Virus record (IMG/VR): IMGVR_UViG_3300022187_000041
Coordinates: 1 to 51,200 of that record
Source of the DNA: a virus
Lineage: Duplodnaviria > Caudoviricetes
Direction: 5' to 3' (one strand)
Length of the DNA: 51,200 nt
Below, piece after piece: positions 28,352 to 36,485 of this stretch. A model generated the notes under the pieces. The model was not told the origin of the DNA. It worked only from the letters and a program-made list of their open reading frames with translations, and searched no databases. Positions within the stretch are counted from its first letter, which is position 1. Every line of letters begins with the position of its first letter. The translations under genes were made by a program, and so were the position numbers.

Positions 28352-29150
28352 AGGCCAGCTTCCTCAGTTCATCTAAGTCCTCAGGCCTCTCGTACTTCAA
28401 GTCATCCTGTAAGTACAACGCATAGCTAGGTAGACCTGTCCACATCTCTATCTCTTTCTTGTAGCTCAACGTCTTCTGTAAGGCATCAGGGTCAAGCGCA
28501 ACGATAACCTTTGTTGCGTTGTCTTGTATATACTCTAAGTGTTTATCTGTCAAGCTAGTCCCAAGTATAGCAAACCCAACCGAATTGGGTAGCTTCTTAG
28601 CCACAGTGATAGCACTGATGACATCCTCTACCACAACGTAGACACTGTTACGGTCAGACATAGAGCGTACATAATAGTCTGCACTACCACCATACCTGTA
28701 CCACTTTGGTATAGCACCATCAAGAGCACGTCCAATAGCATCAACAACAGTACCATTGTGTACGATAGGAAACACCGCACGTTTATCTTTCACGTCATAC
28801 ATTAATGACTCACCAGCTAAGACAGGCCATCGCTGCTTGAACCTACGCATGGTAGCATTGCCCTCTGTAGTGATATGTTCTGGATAAACAAAGGGCTGTA
28901 ACTCTTTGTTATCACTGGATGATTCTAGTAATGGTTTCACGAAGTAACTCTCCAACTCTGCTCGTGTCATGTCTGTGTCGAACCTACCGCCAACATCACA
29001 GGCTAACTTGAAGCAGTTGTACTTCAAGACACCCATCTCCATCGATGCAGTAAAAGTATTCTTGCTGTTGCAAAACGGACAGTCACCACGATGCGGCCCG
29101 TTAATTGCCATCTCTTCTGCGTACTGCCTGTGTTGCTGCCAGATAGTCAT
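28323..29150 (-). CDS. DNA primase (zinc finger plus TOPRIM)
   Basis: CPFC...NCFKLAC; VVED; LGTS; ALDPDA. Confidence 0.9.
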   Translation of the reverse strand: MTIWQQHRQYAEEMAINGPHRGDCPFCNSKNTFTASMEMGVLKYNCFKLACDVGGRFDTDMTRAELESYFVKPLLESSSDNKELQPFVYPEHITTEGNATMRRFKQRWPVLAGESLMYDVKDKRAVFPIVHNGTVVDAIGRALDGAIPKWYRYGGSADYYVRSMSDRNSVYVVVEDVISAITVAKKLPNSVGFAILGTSLTDKHLEYIQDNATKVIVALDPDALQKTLSYKKEIEMWTGLPSYALYLQDDLKYERPEDLDELRKLAYEEQDKPYG

Positions 29151-30076
29151 TCTTTCTCCTTGAATGCACTGCGCTGGGCTAGTGCTTCTGATGCACCAGT
29201 AAAGGTGTGCTTGATGTAAGGCGTAAGGCTTTGGATGTTGACGTGTCCACTGACTTGTTTGATCTGCGTGATGTCAACACCTGCCTCTACCATCTCAGTG
29301 ATAGCAGTACGGCGCATGTCCATAGCGGTTAACTCTTTAGGTAGACCTGCCTGTTCTTTGATCTGATTAACATACATGTGTAGCTTAGCCTTAGCGTAAG
29401 GGCTATGCACGTTGTTGATCTTCTTTGTTCGGGGTGCTACGTATTCCTGAAAGCCAAACCGTTCTTTCTGCTCTACAAGAATACTCCTAAGCCCATCACT
29501 GATAGGTAAGTGTACGTCTGCACCTCGCTTGCTCTGCGTTAAGTCCATGCGGCTGTTCTCTAGATCTAATGCACCCCATGTAAGTAAACGCATGTCACCT
29601 ACACGCTGGCCCCACTCATATGCCATGTGTACAATCAACCCAATAGAGTATCCTGTCCACTCACTGTAAGCGGTAAGCAGGAAAGCCTTTACTTGCTCAG
29701 GCTCCCACGTAACCTTGCGAGGTGGGTTAGGTACACGATCCATGTGCGGTACTGGATTGACTATACGTATGCCTAGACCTATGGCTTTGTTAAGTACGAT
29801 GGACAGTATAGCCGCAAGCTTGTTAGCTCTAGGTATACCATTCTTGATCCACTCATCATACGCAGCTTCTACCTGTGTAGTGGACATGTTCCTAAGTAGA
29901 ACACCACCTAGATCCCTACGCACAACTTTTAAGTTAAGGTAGTACTCCTTCTGTGACGTAGGTGAGAGGTTACGGTAAGACTTACTATCAAGGTAGTAGT
30001 CAATCAAAGTGCTAAGCCTTGAGTCTTCTGTAGGTTTCTTCACCATTTCTTTCTTGTCTTCCAGTATACCCAGCAT
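29147..30076 (-). CDS. int: Tyrosine recombinase / integrase
   Basis: GQRVGD (R), QSKRG (K), DMRRT, VSGH, PY catalytic Tyr; alternative start 30046. Confidence 0.9.
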   Translation of the reverse strand: MLGILEDKKEMVKKPTEDSRLSTLIDYYLDSKSYRNLSPTSQKEYYLNLKVVRRDLGGVLLRNMSTTQVEAAYDEWIKNGIPRANKLAAILSIVLNKAIGLGIRIVNPVPHMDRVPNPPRKVTWEPEQVKAFLLTAYSEWTGYSIGLIVHMAYEWGQRVGDMRLLTWGALDLENSRMDLTQSKRGADVHLPISDGLRSILVEQKERFGFQEYVAPRTKKINNVHSPYAKAKLHMYVNQIKEQAGLPKELTAMDMRRTAITEMVEAGVDITQIKQVSGHVNIQSLTPYIKHTFTGASEALAQRSAFKEKE

Positions 30077-30255
30077 TCTGAACAGTGTCCTTTCCCTATT
30101 ACAGTATCAATAAACCACACTACGTTAAGCCTATTGTCTCTCTTCCATTGCCAATTCCTGGCGCTGAACGTTTGATTGTTGCTACCGCCTACAAGTACAT
30201 TGATTAGTACACTGAAGGCAGTGAGCACTCGTTTGATATACTTACGTATCATCAT
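30040..30255 (-). CDS. Hypothetical protein
   Basis: SVLINVL.GGS.NQTFSAR...HC..CW. Confidence 0.7.
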   Translation of the reverse strand: MMIRKYIKRVLTAFSVLINVLVGGSNNQTFSARNWQWKRDNRLNVVWFIDTVIGKGHCSECWVYWKTRKKW

Positions 30256-30340
30256 CGTCTATACCCTTCCACATGAAGTAGATGAACCCACCTACATAGG
30301 CTATGAGGAAGGGTATTACTATTTGTGAACCTGCTACCAT
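30242..30340 (-). CDS. Small membrane peptide (32 aa), not in ORF track
   Basis: MVAGSQIVIPFLIAYVGGFIYFMWKGIDDDDT; fills gap. Confidence 0.55.
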   Translation of the reverse strand: MVAGSQIVIPFLIAYVGGFIYFMWKGIDDDDT

Positions 30341-30341
30341 A

Positions 30342-30653
30342 CTAGCTGTTGATGTATGGATCGTGGTTGATGTAGTAAGATACACCCATCTCGTAGTCTC
30401 CTGCATGGGAGTACAGTTGGCTCAATGCATCTGCTGCATTGCGTACCTTCTCTAGTTTAGCATCATCAGATAAGTCTTCGTCATAAATAAAGTCTACTGG
30501 AATAGCTGTGACTACTTGCTTGTAGCTACGCCACACATCAATGCCCGACTCATGTACTTCACCTGTCTTCTCGTGTACACTTTCATATACAAAGATCACC
30601 GCATCGTTATGATCCCATACTTTTACTTCTACTGTTTGGTCTTCAATAATCAT
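30342..30653 (-). CDS. Hypothetical early protein
   Basis: RBS GGAG; start refined from track ORF 30701. Confidence 0.7.
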   Translation of the reverse strand: MIIEDQTVEVKVWDHNDAVIFVYESVHEKTGEVHESGIDVWRSYKQVVTAIPVDFIYDEDLSDDAKLEKVRNAADALSQLYSHAGDYEMGVSYYINHDPYINS

Positions 30654-30666
30654 TGTCTCTTCTCCA

Positions 30667-30831
30667 TTAGAACATTGGGTAGTAAAGTTCACCGTTGTCA
30701 ATCATACGCCTGACATCATCTAGCTCACGCTGCACGTTGTCTGCACGATCAAACTCGCCAAGCCATTCTGCATCGTCTATCTCTTTCTGTAGGTCAATGC
30801 TGTAGTCATTGATAGGTAATACGTAGTCCAT
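30667..30831 (-). CDS. Hypothetical early protein
   Basis: RBS AAGGAG before MDYVLP. Confidence 0.7.
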   Translation of the reverse strand: MDYVLPINDYSIDLQKEIDDAEWLGEFDRADNVQRELDDVRRMIDNGELYYPMF

Positions 30832-30844
30832 GTTAGTGTCTCCT

Positions 30845-31132
30845 TTAGTGTCCATAGTTACAGCCGATGCGCCATACATCACCTGCTCTTGATTTAACCC
30901 ACCACTCAGCTACACCACAGCAACCTTTAGCTGCGGCCTTCTTGTATGGCGGTGAGTGTAGCCCATCCTTGAAGCGATAGGCTCTGAAGTTATCGGCATA
31001 CTCTAGGTCTGCCTTGTTAATCTCGTAGAGTAAATCTTCCCACACATCAGCAGGTACTTTCTCAAACCCTTTACGGTTCCACTTTGAGCAGTCGATTCCA
31101 CGTTCTGCCAGTGCTGTAGTCCATTTACTCAT
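30845..31132 (-). CDS. Hypothetical early protein (GCCG motif)
   Basis: ORF track; DNFRA...GCCG...IGCNYGH. Confidence 0.7.
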   Translation of the reverse strand: MSKWTTALAERGIDCSKWNRKGFEKVPADVWEDLLYEINKADLEYADNFRAYRFKDGLHSPPYKKAAAKGCCGVAEWWVKSRAGDVWRIGCNYGH

Positions 31133-31313
31133 CTGTATATACCTTTCTCTTTAGCCATCGTAGTACGATAAGTATTGTTAATATCTGTATGTATATCACG
31201 AAAAGATTAGCCGTGTCAAGATCTCTTACGTCTATACCTATACTCGCAAGGATAACTACGGTGAGTAGCATCAGGAAGTATGCAAGCATAGGTGTCATAA
31301 GTAAGATCAGCAT
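31125..31313 (-). CDS. Small two-TM membrane protein
   Basis: Two hydrophobic helices. Confidence 0.6.
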   Translation of the reverse strand: MLILLMTPMLAYFLMLLTVVILASIGIDVRDLDTANLFVIYIQILTILIVLRWLKRKVYTDE

Positions 31314-31317
31314 AGAG

Positions 31318-31659
31318 TTAGTCCATCCGTGTTACGAAGTACTCACCATTAGGTAACGGCAGCGCAAGCATAGCGTACTGATAGAAGTATGCAGGGCCAT
31401 CAGGCGTGAGTAACTTTCCGATGTAAGGTAAGTCAGGATCTTCTGCATTCTTGTATGTACCATCTTCTAAAACCTCACCTTTGAATTGATAAAGCCTACC
31501 GAAACCATAGCGTTCAGTCATAAAGTCAATGATGTCTATGCCTTTCATGTAGCCATAGATGATGTACTCACCTACCCAATAGGGTAATACTCCAAGCATT
31601 TCTTGTAACATTCCAGGATCTACGTCAGGGAAAGCCTTTGTGTTGATTGTTAAGTTCAT
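31318..31659 (-). CDS. Hypothetical early protein
   Basis: RBS GAGGAG; ORF track. Confidence 0.75.
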   Translation of the reverse strand: MNLTINTKAFPDVDPGMLQEMLGVLPYWVGEYIIYGYMKGIDIIDFMTERYGFGRLYQFKGEVLEDGTYKNAEDPDLPYIGKLLTPDGPAYFYQYAMLALPLPNGEYFVTRMD

Positions 31660-31799
31660 TGTGTCATCTCCTCAAGTTTTTCTTTCAGTCTAACGACTTG
31701 CTGTTCAAGCTTTTGTATCTTTCGTTCTTCCCAAGTGCTTTGATGTTCTTGAGTAAAACGTTTCATATTATCCAAAAAAATATCTATATTTTGCATCAT
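31656..31799 (-). CDS. Small hypothetical protein (47 aa), not in ORF track
   Basis: MMQNIDIFLDNMKRF...; ATGA overlaps on both sides. Confidence 0.6.
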   Translation of the reverse strand: MMQNIDIFLDNMKRFTQEHQSTWEERKIQKLEQQVVRLKEKLEEMTQ

Positions 31800-32890
31800 T
31801 GTGTTAGTCCTTTCATTATGTGTGATACTACGTCAACGGTCCATCCATTGCCAAGCATTTTGTACCGCTGCGTATTTGATACGTGGTCAGTGTAACCCTC
31901 TGGCACAGTTTGTAAACGCTCGCACTCTAGCGGTGTTAGCTTGCGCCATGTCATACCTTCATCGTAGGTAAGATGATTGTTGTGTTGCCACGATGATGTG
32001 CTTATTGTAGGTGTCTTACCGTCCTGTGCTTTGAGTCCTCCTTTGTTAAATCCTCTACCCTTCTGTAATATCTTAGGTTGTAAGTGTCCACCATCAGAAG
32101 ACACTAGCGATGGGCCTTTACCGTCAGGGTGATACACTCTGTTTACGTAGCTGTACTTATCACTTATACCTGCATCACCTACTAAGATAAGACCGTCAGG
32201 TGATGGCGCTGGCACGTAGCCAAACGAATAGCCGTGAGTACCTGCACAGAGTGTAGCAAACTTACCATCAGTAGGATAGATAGTATTGCATTGGCTCTTG
32301 TACTTAGGGTTAAGCTGGTTGCCACCCATGTAGCTCTCACGTAGCTTCTTACCTGCGTAATACTTTTCTTCTACCTCAGGCTCAAGTATATCTCTGAGTA
32401 CAATACCCTTGTCTTCTGTTGGTACATCAAAGGGAATGTTTGTCCAGTATAAACGGTAGCGGTTCTGAGCAGACACTAGGTTGCTGTTGATAGCTACAGG
32501 ATCTACGCCCAGCGCCTCAGTGATAACGTCCATACTTTCTTTCTTCATACGCACGTTCTCTAGCAAGAAATACTTAGGCTTGAGTGCCTTGAGTAGCCGC
32601 ACATATTCCCAGAATAACTTACTGCGTGGATCATCAAAGTTAAGTTGCTTACCTGCAAAGCTAAAGCCCTGACACGGTGAGCCACCGATAAGTATATCAA
32701 TATCTGGCAGACTGTCAGGATCTATGGCAGTCACATCACCTAGCTGAACTGTCTCTGGAAAGTTAGCTTGTGTTACCTTGATTGCGTACTTGTCAATCTC
32801 CGCTGCAAAATAATTATCGATTGGAATGCCTGCCCTTTCAAGGGCAAGCTGTCCACATGACATCCCGTCAAATAGTGATAGTACATTCAT
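31796..32890 (-). CDS. DNA (cytosine-5)-methyltransferase
   Basis: LSLFDG.SCG, GGSPCQGFS, ENV, QNR.RLYW, ECERLQ, YKMLGNG. Confidence 0.95.
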   Translation of the reverse strand: MNVLSLFDGMSCGQLALERAGIPIDNYFAAEIDKYAIKVTQANFPETVQLGDVTAIDPDSLPDIDILIGGSPCQGFSFAGKQLNFDDPRSKLFWEYVRLLKALKPKYFLLENVRMKKESMDVITEALGVDPVAINSNLVSAQNRYRLYWTNIPFDVPTEDKGIVLRDILEPEVEEKYYAGKKLRESYMGGNQLNPKYKSQCNTIYPTDGKFATLCAGTHGYSFGYVPAPSPDGLILVGDAGISDKYSYVNRVYHPDGKGPSLVSSDGGHLQPKILQKGRGFNKGGLKAQDGKTPTISTSSWQHNNHLTYDEGMTWRKLTPLECERLQTVPEGYTDHVSNTQRYKMLGNGWTVDVVSHIMKGLTQ

Positions 32891-32892
32891 GG

Positions 32893-33270
32893 CTATGATA
32901 CCTTTTCTTCTGCTCCAAACAAACGCTTGGCTGTGTCATCGTCAATAATATACTTCTGTGCAGTTGTCAAGTCCTGCACTACCCACGGACGCTTACGTGC
33001 TCTAGAGTTGTAGCTTACAAGTGACACTTTCATGCCTTGCAGTGATGCAATCTTGCTTGTGTCAAATCCCATGAGTGAAGCCATCTGCTCAAGAGCTTGC
33101 TCATCCTTAGACTTAGCTCCATCAATCAATACCTTTACTTTGTAGGTAGCTTCACCGTCAGTGAATGAGCAGTTTCCTACGTTAATAGATACACCATGTA
33201 TACCTGCGTTCTCTAACGCTTCCTGCATGGCTTCACGGATCTTACGGGCTGTGGGTTTATCAAACTTCAT
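32893..33270 (-). CDS. Hypothetical early protein
   Basis: RBS AAGGAG; YNSRARKRPW. Confidence 0.75.
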   Translation of the reverse strand: MKFDKPTARKIREAMQEALENAGIHGVSINVGNCSFTDGEATYKVKVLIDGAKSKDEQALEQMASLMGFDTSKIASLQGMKVSLVSYNSRARKRPWVVQDLTTAQKYIIDDDTAKRLFGAEEKVS

Positions 33271-33494
33271 TGTTCTATCTCCTTCTTGATTGCTTGCAGT
33301 GCATTGATTAGACCGTCAACTGTATCATCAAACCTGATAGGGTCATAGTCTTCACAGTGATGTAGATCATCAATGTCTGCTATCTCTTGTGCGTTTATAA
33401 AGTCACCCTCAGCGGTACGTGTCCAGTGCTGAGCGATGGATATGGTGCGCCCGTTATGACGCACCACAATATTGTTGAAGTCTAGCTTAGTCAT
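33267..33494 (-). CDS. Hypothetical early protein
   Basis: ORF track; ATGA overlap. Confidence 0.7.
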   Translation of the reverse strand: MTKLDFNNIVVRHNGRTISIAQHWTRTAEGDFINAQEIADIDDLHHCEDYDPIRFDDTVDGLINALQAIKKEIEQ

Positions 33495-33500
33495 CTGACA

Positions 33501-33728
33501 TCACCCTGCAAAGTGGCGTAGCTTACGCTCAGTGTTACGGTTAGGCTTGTGCTCTACGTAGACAGTACGCTTGCCAATGTGTAGCGCAGTCATGCAGTCA
33601 TTGCGTGTGACTTTGAAGCCACGGCTTGCGTGTTTACGCTTGCGAGTTAAGCCCTTGAGTCCAGCGAAGTTGAAGCGGAACCCTTGAGTGCCATCATTGA
33701 GAGGCTTAGTAGCGAATAATACAAACAT
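33501..33728 (-). CDS. Basic hypothetical early protein
   Basis: RBS AAGGA; own promoter upstream. Confidence 0.7.
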   Translation of the reverse strand: MFVLFATKPLNDGTQGFRFNFAGLKGLTRKRKHASRGFKVTRNDCMTALHIGKRTVYVEHKPNRNTERKLRHFAG

Positions 33729-33762
33729 GATATGTCCTTTCTAAGACAGTTAAGATAAGTTA

Positions 33763-33791
33763 AGGTTAGTTAAGTTAGTCTAGGCTGTCAA
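33763..33791 (-). promoter_or_regulatory. Sigma70-type early promoter
   Basis: TTGACA (33791-33786), 17 bp, TAACCT; intergenic. Confidence 0.65.
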
Positions 33792-33793
33792 GC

Positions 33794-34381
33794 CTAAACA
33801 TTGTGAATACGTTTCCATGCAACCCATGTCGCAGCTTGCATCTCGTAGGCTGTCATGCCGTGCTTTTTGCCAGCCCTACGGTAGGCTTCTTGCAATTCAG
33901 CACGAAGCTTTTTGCCTATGTTAGGTACTTTCTGCATGGTGCGTCTGTCCTTGTTAGCGATGCACCATGCATGACCGTCTATTACGCATACATCATTGCC
34001 ATTAATACAGTTAGCAAAATCGGTTATCTTAGGGCCATTGAGTATGAAAGAAACGTCTTCCATATTGTGCGGCATAGATTGTAGAATAAACCAAGCCTTG
34101 TCTCGCATCTTAGGGTAAGTGCTAGGCTTAGTATCCTCAACATAACCGCCCTCAGTAAATATGCGGCACATCTTGTCAGCGTTACGCACGTTCATTGCCC
34201 AATCATTGGTAGGGCTTAGTGCAGCAATCACACCAATAACAATGTGCAATGGCAGTTCATACTTGTCTGCTATCTCTTGCGCCAATTCCTTAGCGTCTGC
34301 GTACCAAGTCAGACCGTGATCGATCTCATCTTGTGTAGCTTGTTTGAAGCAAGCAAGTATGTTGCGTGTGTATTGTGTCAT
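33794..34381 (-). CDS. Conserved phage early protein (DUF7178-like, possible HhH-type fold)
   Basis: WY..A...GVIAALSP..W..N...GPK...F...I.G...VIDGHA...QAATW. Confidence 0.65.
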   Translation of the reverse strand: MTQYTRNILACFKQATQDEIDHGLTWYADAKELAQEIADKYELPLHIVIGVIAALSPTNDWAMNVRNADKMCRIFTEGGYVEDTKPSTYPKMRDKAWFILQSMPHNMEDVSFILNGPKITDFANCINGNDVCVIDGHAWCIANKDRRTMQKVPNIGKKLRAELQEAYRRAGKKHGMTAYEMQAATWVAWKRIHNV

Positions 34382-34548
34382 AGTGTCACCTCTTGATCTA
34401 TCATGTCATTGTGTACCTTAGCCATGAGATTATACATCATCATTGCACCTGTCAATACCATAGGATCACGAGCTTTGTTTATCCATGCTTCTAGTTCACG
34501 CATATCTTTAGGCGTGTGAAACATTCCAAGCGTATCTATCTTAGTCAT
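34378..34548 (-). CDS. Hypothetical first early protein
   Basis: RBS GAGGTGACAC, identical to that of the next gene; GMFHTP. Confidence 0.7.
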   Translation of the reverse strand: MTKIDTLGMFHTPKDMRELEAWINKARDPMVLTGAMMMYNLMAKVHNDMIDQEVTL

Positions 34549-34577
34549 AAGTGTCACCTCACTGTTGAATGTATTTA

Positions 34578-34606
34578 GTAGTGACACAGCCAAAACCATA
34601 TGTCAA
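34578..34606 (-). promoter_or_regulatory. Probable early promoter
   Basis: TTGACA (34606-34601), 17 bp, weak -10 CACTAC with TGn. Confidence 0.45.
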
Positions 34607-34609
34607 GCA

Positions 34610-34925
34610 TAAGCTGCGGTTGGCCGCAGTTATCCTGGCTGTGTCCAAACAAAAGACATCCAAGACATCCAGTAGACGGACTGATGTATTTTACCGTTCT
34701 TGAGTTGAGCTTGACGTTATCGCATCAACAATTATTTGCTATCCACCCTTGCTCAAAGACGCAATGCGCCTATCGGGTTTCTTCAATAGTCCGTTCTTTA
34801 AGCGGATCATTTAGTCGCACGTCAGAGTCCACTGACTTATAGTAATGGGTTGCAAAGCCCAACGCTGTAGCAATCTTTCGTTCTATCTTTGGTGTGGGCT
34901 ATTATCACCATCTGGCCCATTGTTC
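34610..34925 (-). ncRNA. Candidate structured non-coding RNA / early leader
   Basis: No credible ORF; nested and tandem stems (see findings). Confidence 0.4.
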
Positions 34926-34930
34926 TGTGT

Positions 34931-34981
34931 ATTCAGTCTGTTTTATTTTAGTCTGTTAGTCAAGTTCTAATTTTAGTCTGT
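34931..34981. repeat. Three direct repeats of ATT(TT/C)AGTCTGT overlapping a possible minus-strand promoter
   Basis: Copies at 34931, 34945, 34970; TTGACT-17-CAGACT on minus strand (34963-34935). Confidence 0.65.
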
Positions 34982-35099
34982 CTTATTTGATAGGGCTTTT
35001 CACCGTATCTGTCAGAAGGACGCTGAAACACTTTGAAGAACCTACGTTGCTTGCGATTTGTTTCTTGTCGCTTTCGATAACTCATACTTGCAAATGATG

Positions 35100-35720
35100 A
35101 AGACGGACGCAAGCAAAAAATTGCAATGTGTGTAACTTTTTTGGGGGGTAGGGGTATTTTTGGGTATATACACTATAAATATACAAAGGTTTTTACATCT
35201 TTAGGTTGTGCATCACTTATGCTTTTTTCGCATTGCTATGTTATATTATAACACTTTATTGCTCTTTTCACGCCGTCACTGATAGCTTATCAGTCTCTTT
35301 TGCTAATGTTTTCAATGGTTTACTAGCTTAGCACAGCATAAAATACACTTTAAAGGCGAGCTGCTTAGCTTAATGCAACTAAAAAGTGTCCAGTTCAACC
35401 TAAAGTTGCGAGGGGAGGGGCGAGGGCCACCAGGGGGTTACCCCGTTATATATACATACTCTGCAACACACGGGGTTTTTCAAAAGAGTCGTACACAAAG
35501 ACGTACACACAAGCTAATCTTAATCACGTTATGTTACAATTGTTACAATATAATCACTTTTTATTGCAGTTTGTACGATTAGGGATTGACATGGGGGTAA
35601 AAATGTGTAAAACTGCGTAGCAGTAGCAGCCCTAAGTTAAACATTAGAGTTAAAACAAAAGAAATATGAACCTAAGATAGTTAAACTTAGAGTTAAACTA
35701 CACAAAAGTAAACATTCTTT
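35100..35720. other. Divergent control region, probable location of genome termini / direct terminal repeat
   Basis: Non-coding divergence point of both arms; G-tracts, palindromes and GTTAAA repeats; exact ends not determinable. Confidence 0.55.
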
Positions 35721-35730
35721 AATTTAACCC

Positions 35731-35759
35731 TTGACATGTAACTACTTATATGTTACTAT
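35731..35759 (+). promoter_or_regulatory. Sigma70-type promoter for the morphogenesis arm
   Basis: TTGACA (35731-35736), 17 bp, TACTAT with TGn extension. Confidence 0.75.
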
Positions 35760-35935
35760 CCTCTAAGTAACTACATAACGTATAACTATAAAGTTACTAC
35801 TATAGCGTATTACGGAGAATATTTGTACATATATAGCTAGTGTTGTCTCTTCCATCATGTGTCTCCCCTCCTACACTCCCTACATTTGTACATTTATCTC
35901 TGTAATACGTCTTTTACATGAAATAACTCTTGACA

Positions 35936-36196
35936 ATGCGTAAAAAACCAGTACAACTATATGCAAGTGAAACCGTAATAGAAGACTTTTACGAAGCTAT
36001 AGCTGATAACAACCCTCGTGCTTTACATAAAGTTCATATACCTAAGTCGGATGTGTTCTATGTACGTGAAGCCATATATCAGCGTACTGGTGAGCACTAC
36101 ACGTTAGACCACGTTGAACGTGCGATGTACTTAGAGGGACACTTACAGGCACATGAAGTGCTTGACCCTGAGAGAAAACGAGAGTATGGTGAATAA
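35936..36196 (+). CDS. Hypothetical protein
   Basis: HIPKSDVFYVREAI...VERAMYLEG. Confidence 0.7.
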   Translation: MRKKPVQLYASETVIEDFYEAIADNNPRALHKVHIPKSDVFYVREAIYQRTGEHYTLDHVERAMYLEGHLQAHEVLDPERKREYGE

Positions 36197-36480
36197 TGGC
36201 TACAACTAAAGATGTAGAGCGGTTGCCTAGCGGGAAGTTAAAGTACCGTGGTGAAACTTATCCAGGTTACAACAAACCGAAGCGACTATCGGGTGAAGCT
36301 AAGAAGTCAGCCGTGTTAGCTAAGAAGGGTGATCAGGTAAAAGTTGTACGCTTTGGTGATCCTGACATGCCTATCCGTAAAGATAACCCAGGTGCACGTA
36401 AAAACTTCAGAGCCAGACATAGTTGTGACACAGCGAAGGACAAGTTCACTGCACGTTACTGGTCATGTAAGGCTTGGTAG
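36196..36480 (+). CDS. Conserved basic phage protein (DUF6321-like)
   Basis: VRFGDP.M....D.P.ARK.FRARH.C....K.TARYWSC..W. Confidence 0.75.
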   Translation: MATTKDVERLPSGKLKYRGETYPGYNKPKRLSGEAKKSAVLAKKGDQVKVVRFGDPDMPIRKDNPGARKNFRARHSCDTAKDKFTARYWSCKAW

Positions 36481-36485
36481 TAGCT

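Noticed and set aside
34815-34860. Cobalamin riboswitch (CCCATTACTATAAGTCAG..GAC resembles the B12 box; the phage has a B12-dependent RNR)
   Set aside because: The AGGGAA and T-loop elements are absent and it lies 15 kb from nrdJ; similarity too weak without an Infernal hit.
35225-35253. XerCD dif-like site
   Set aside because: Arm spacing is off by one and the XerC arm is poor; better explained as a 7-1-7 palindrome.
34600-35582. Track ORFs 34600-34842 (+) and 35373-35582 (+)
   Set aside because: No RBS, atypical composition, and they overlap structured or repeat-rich control sequence.
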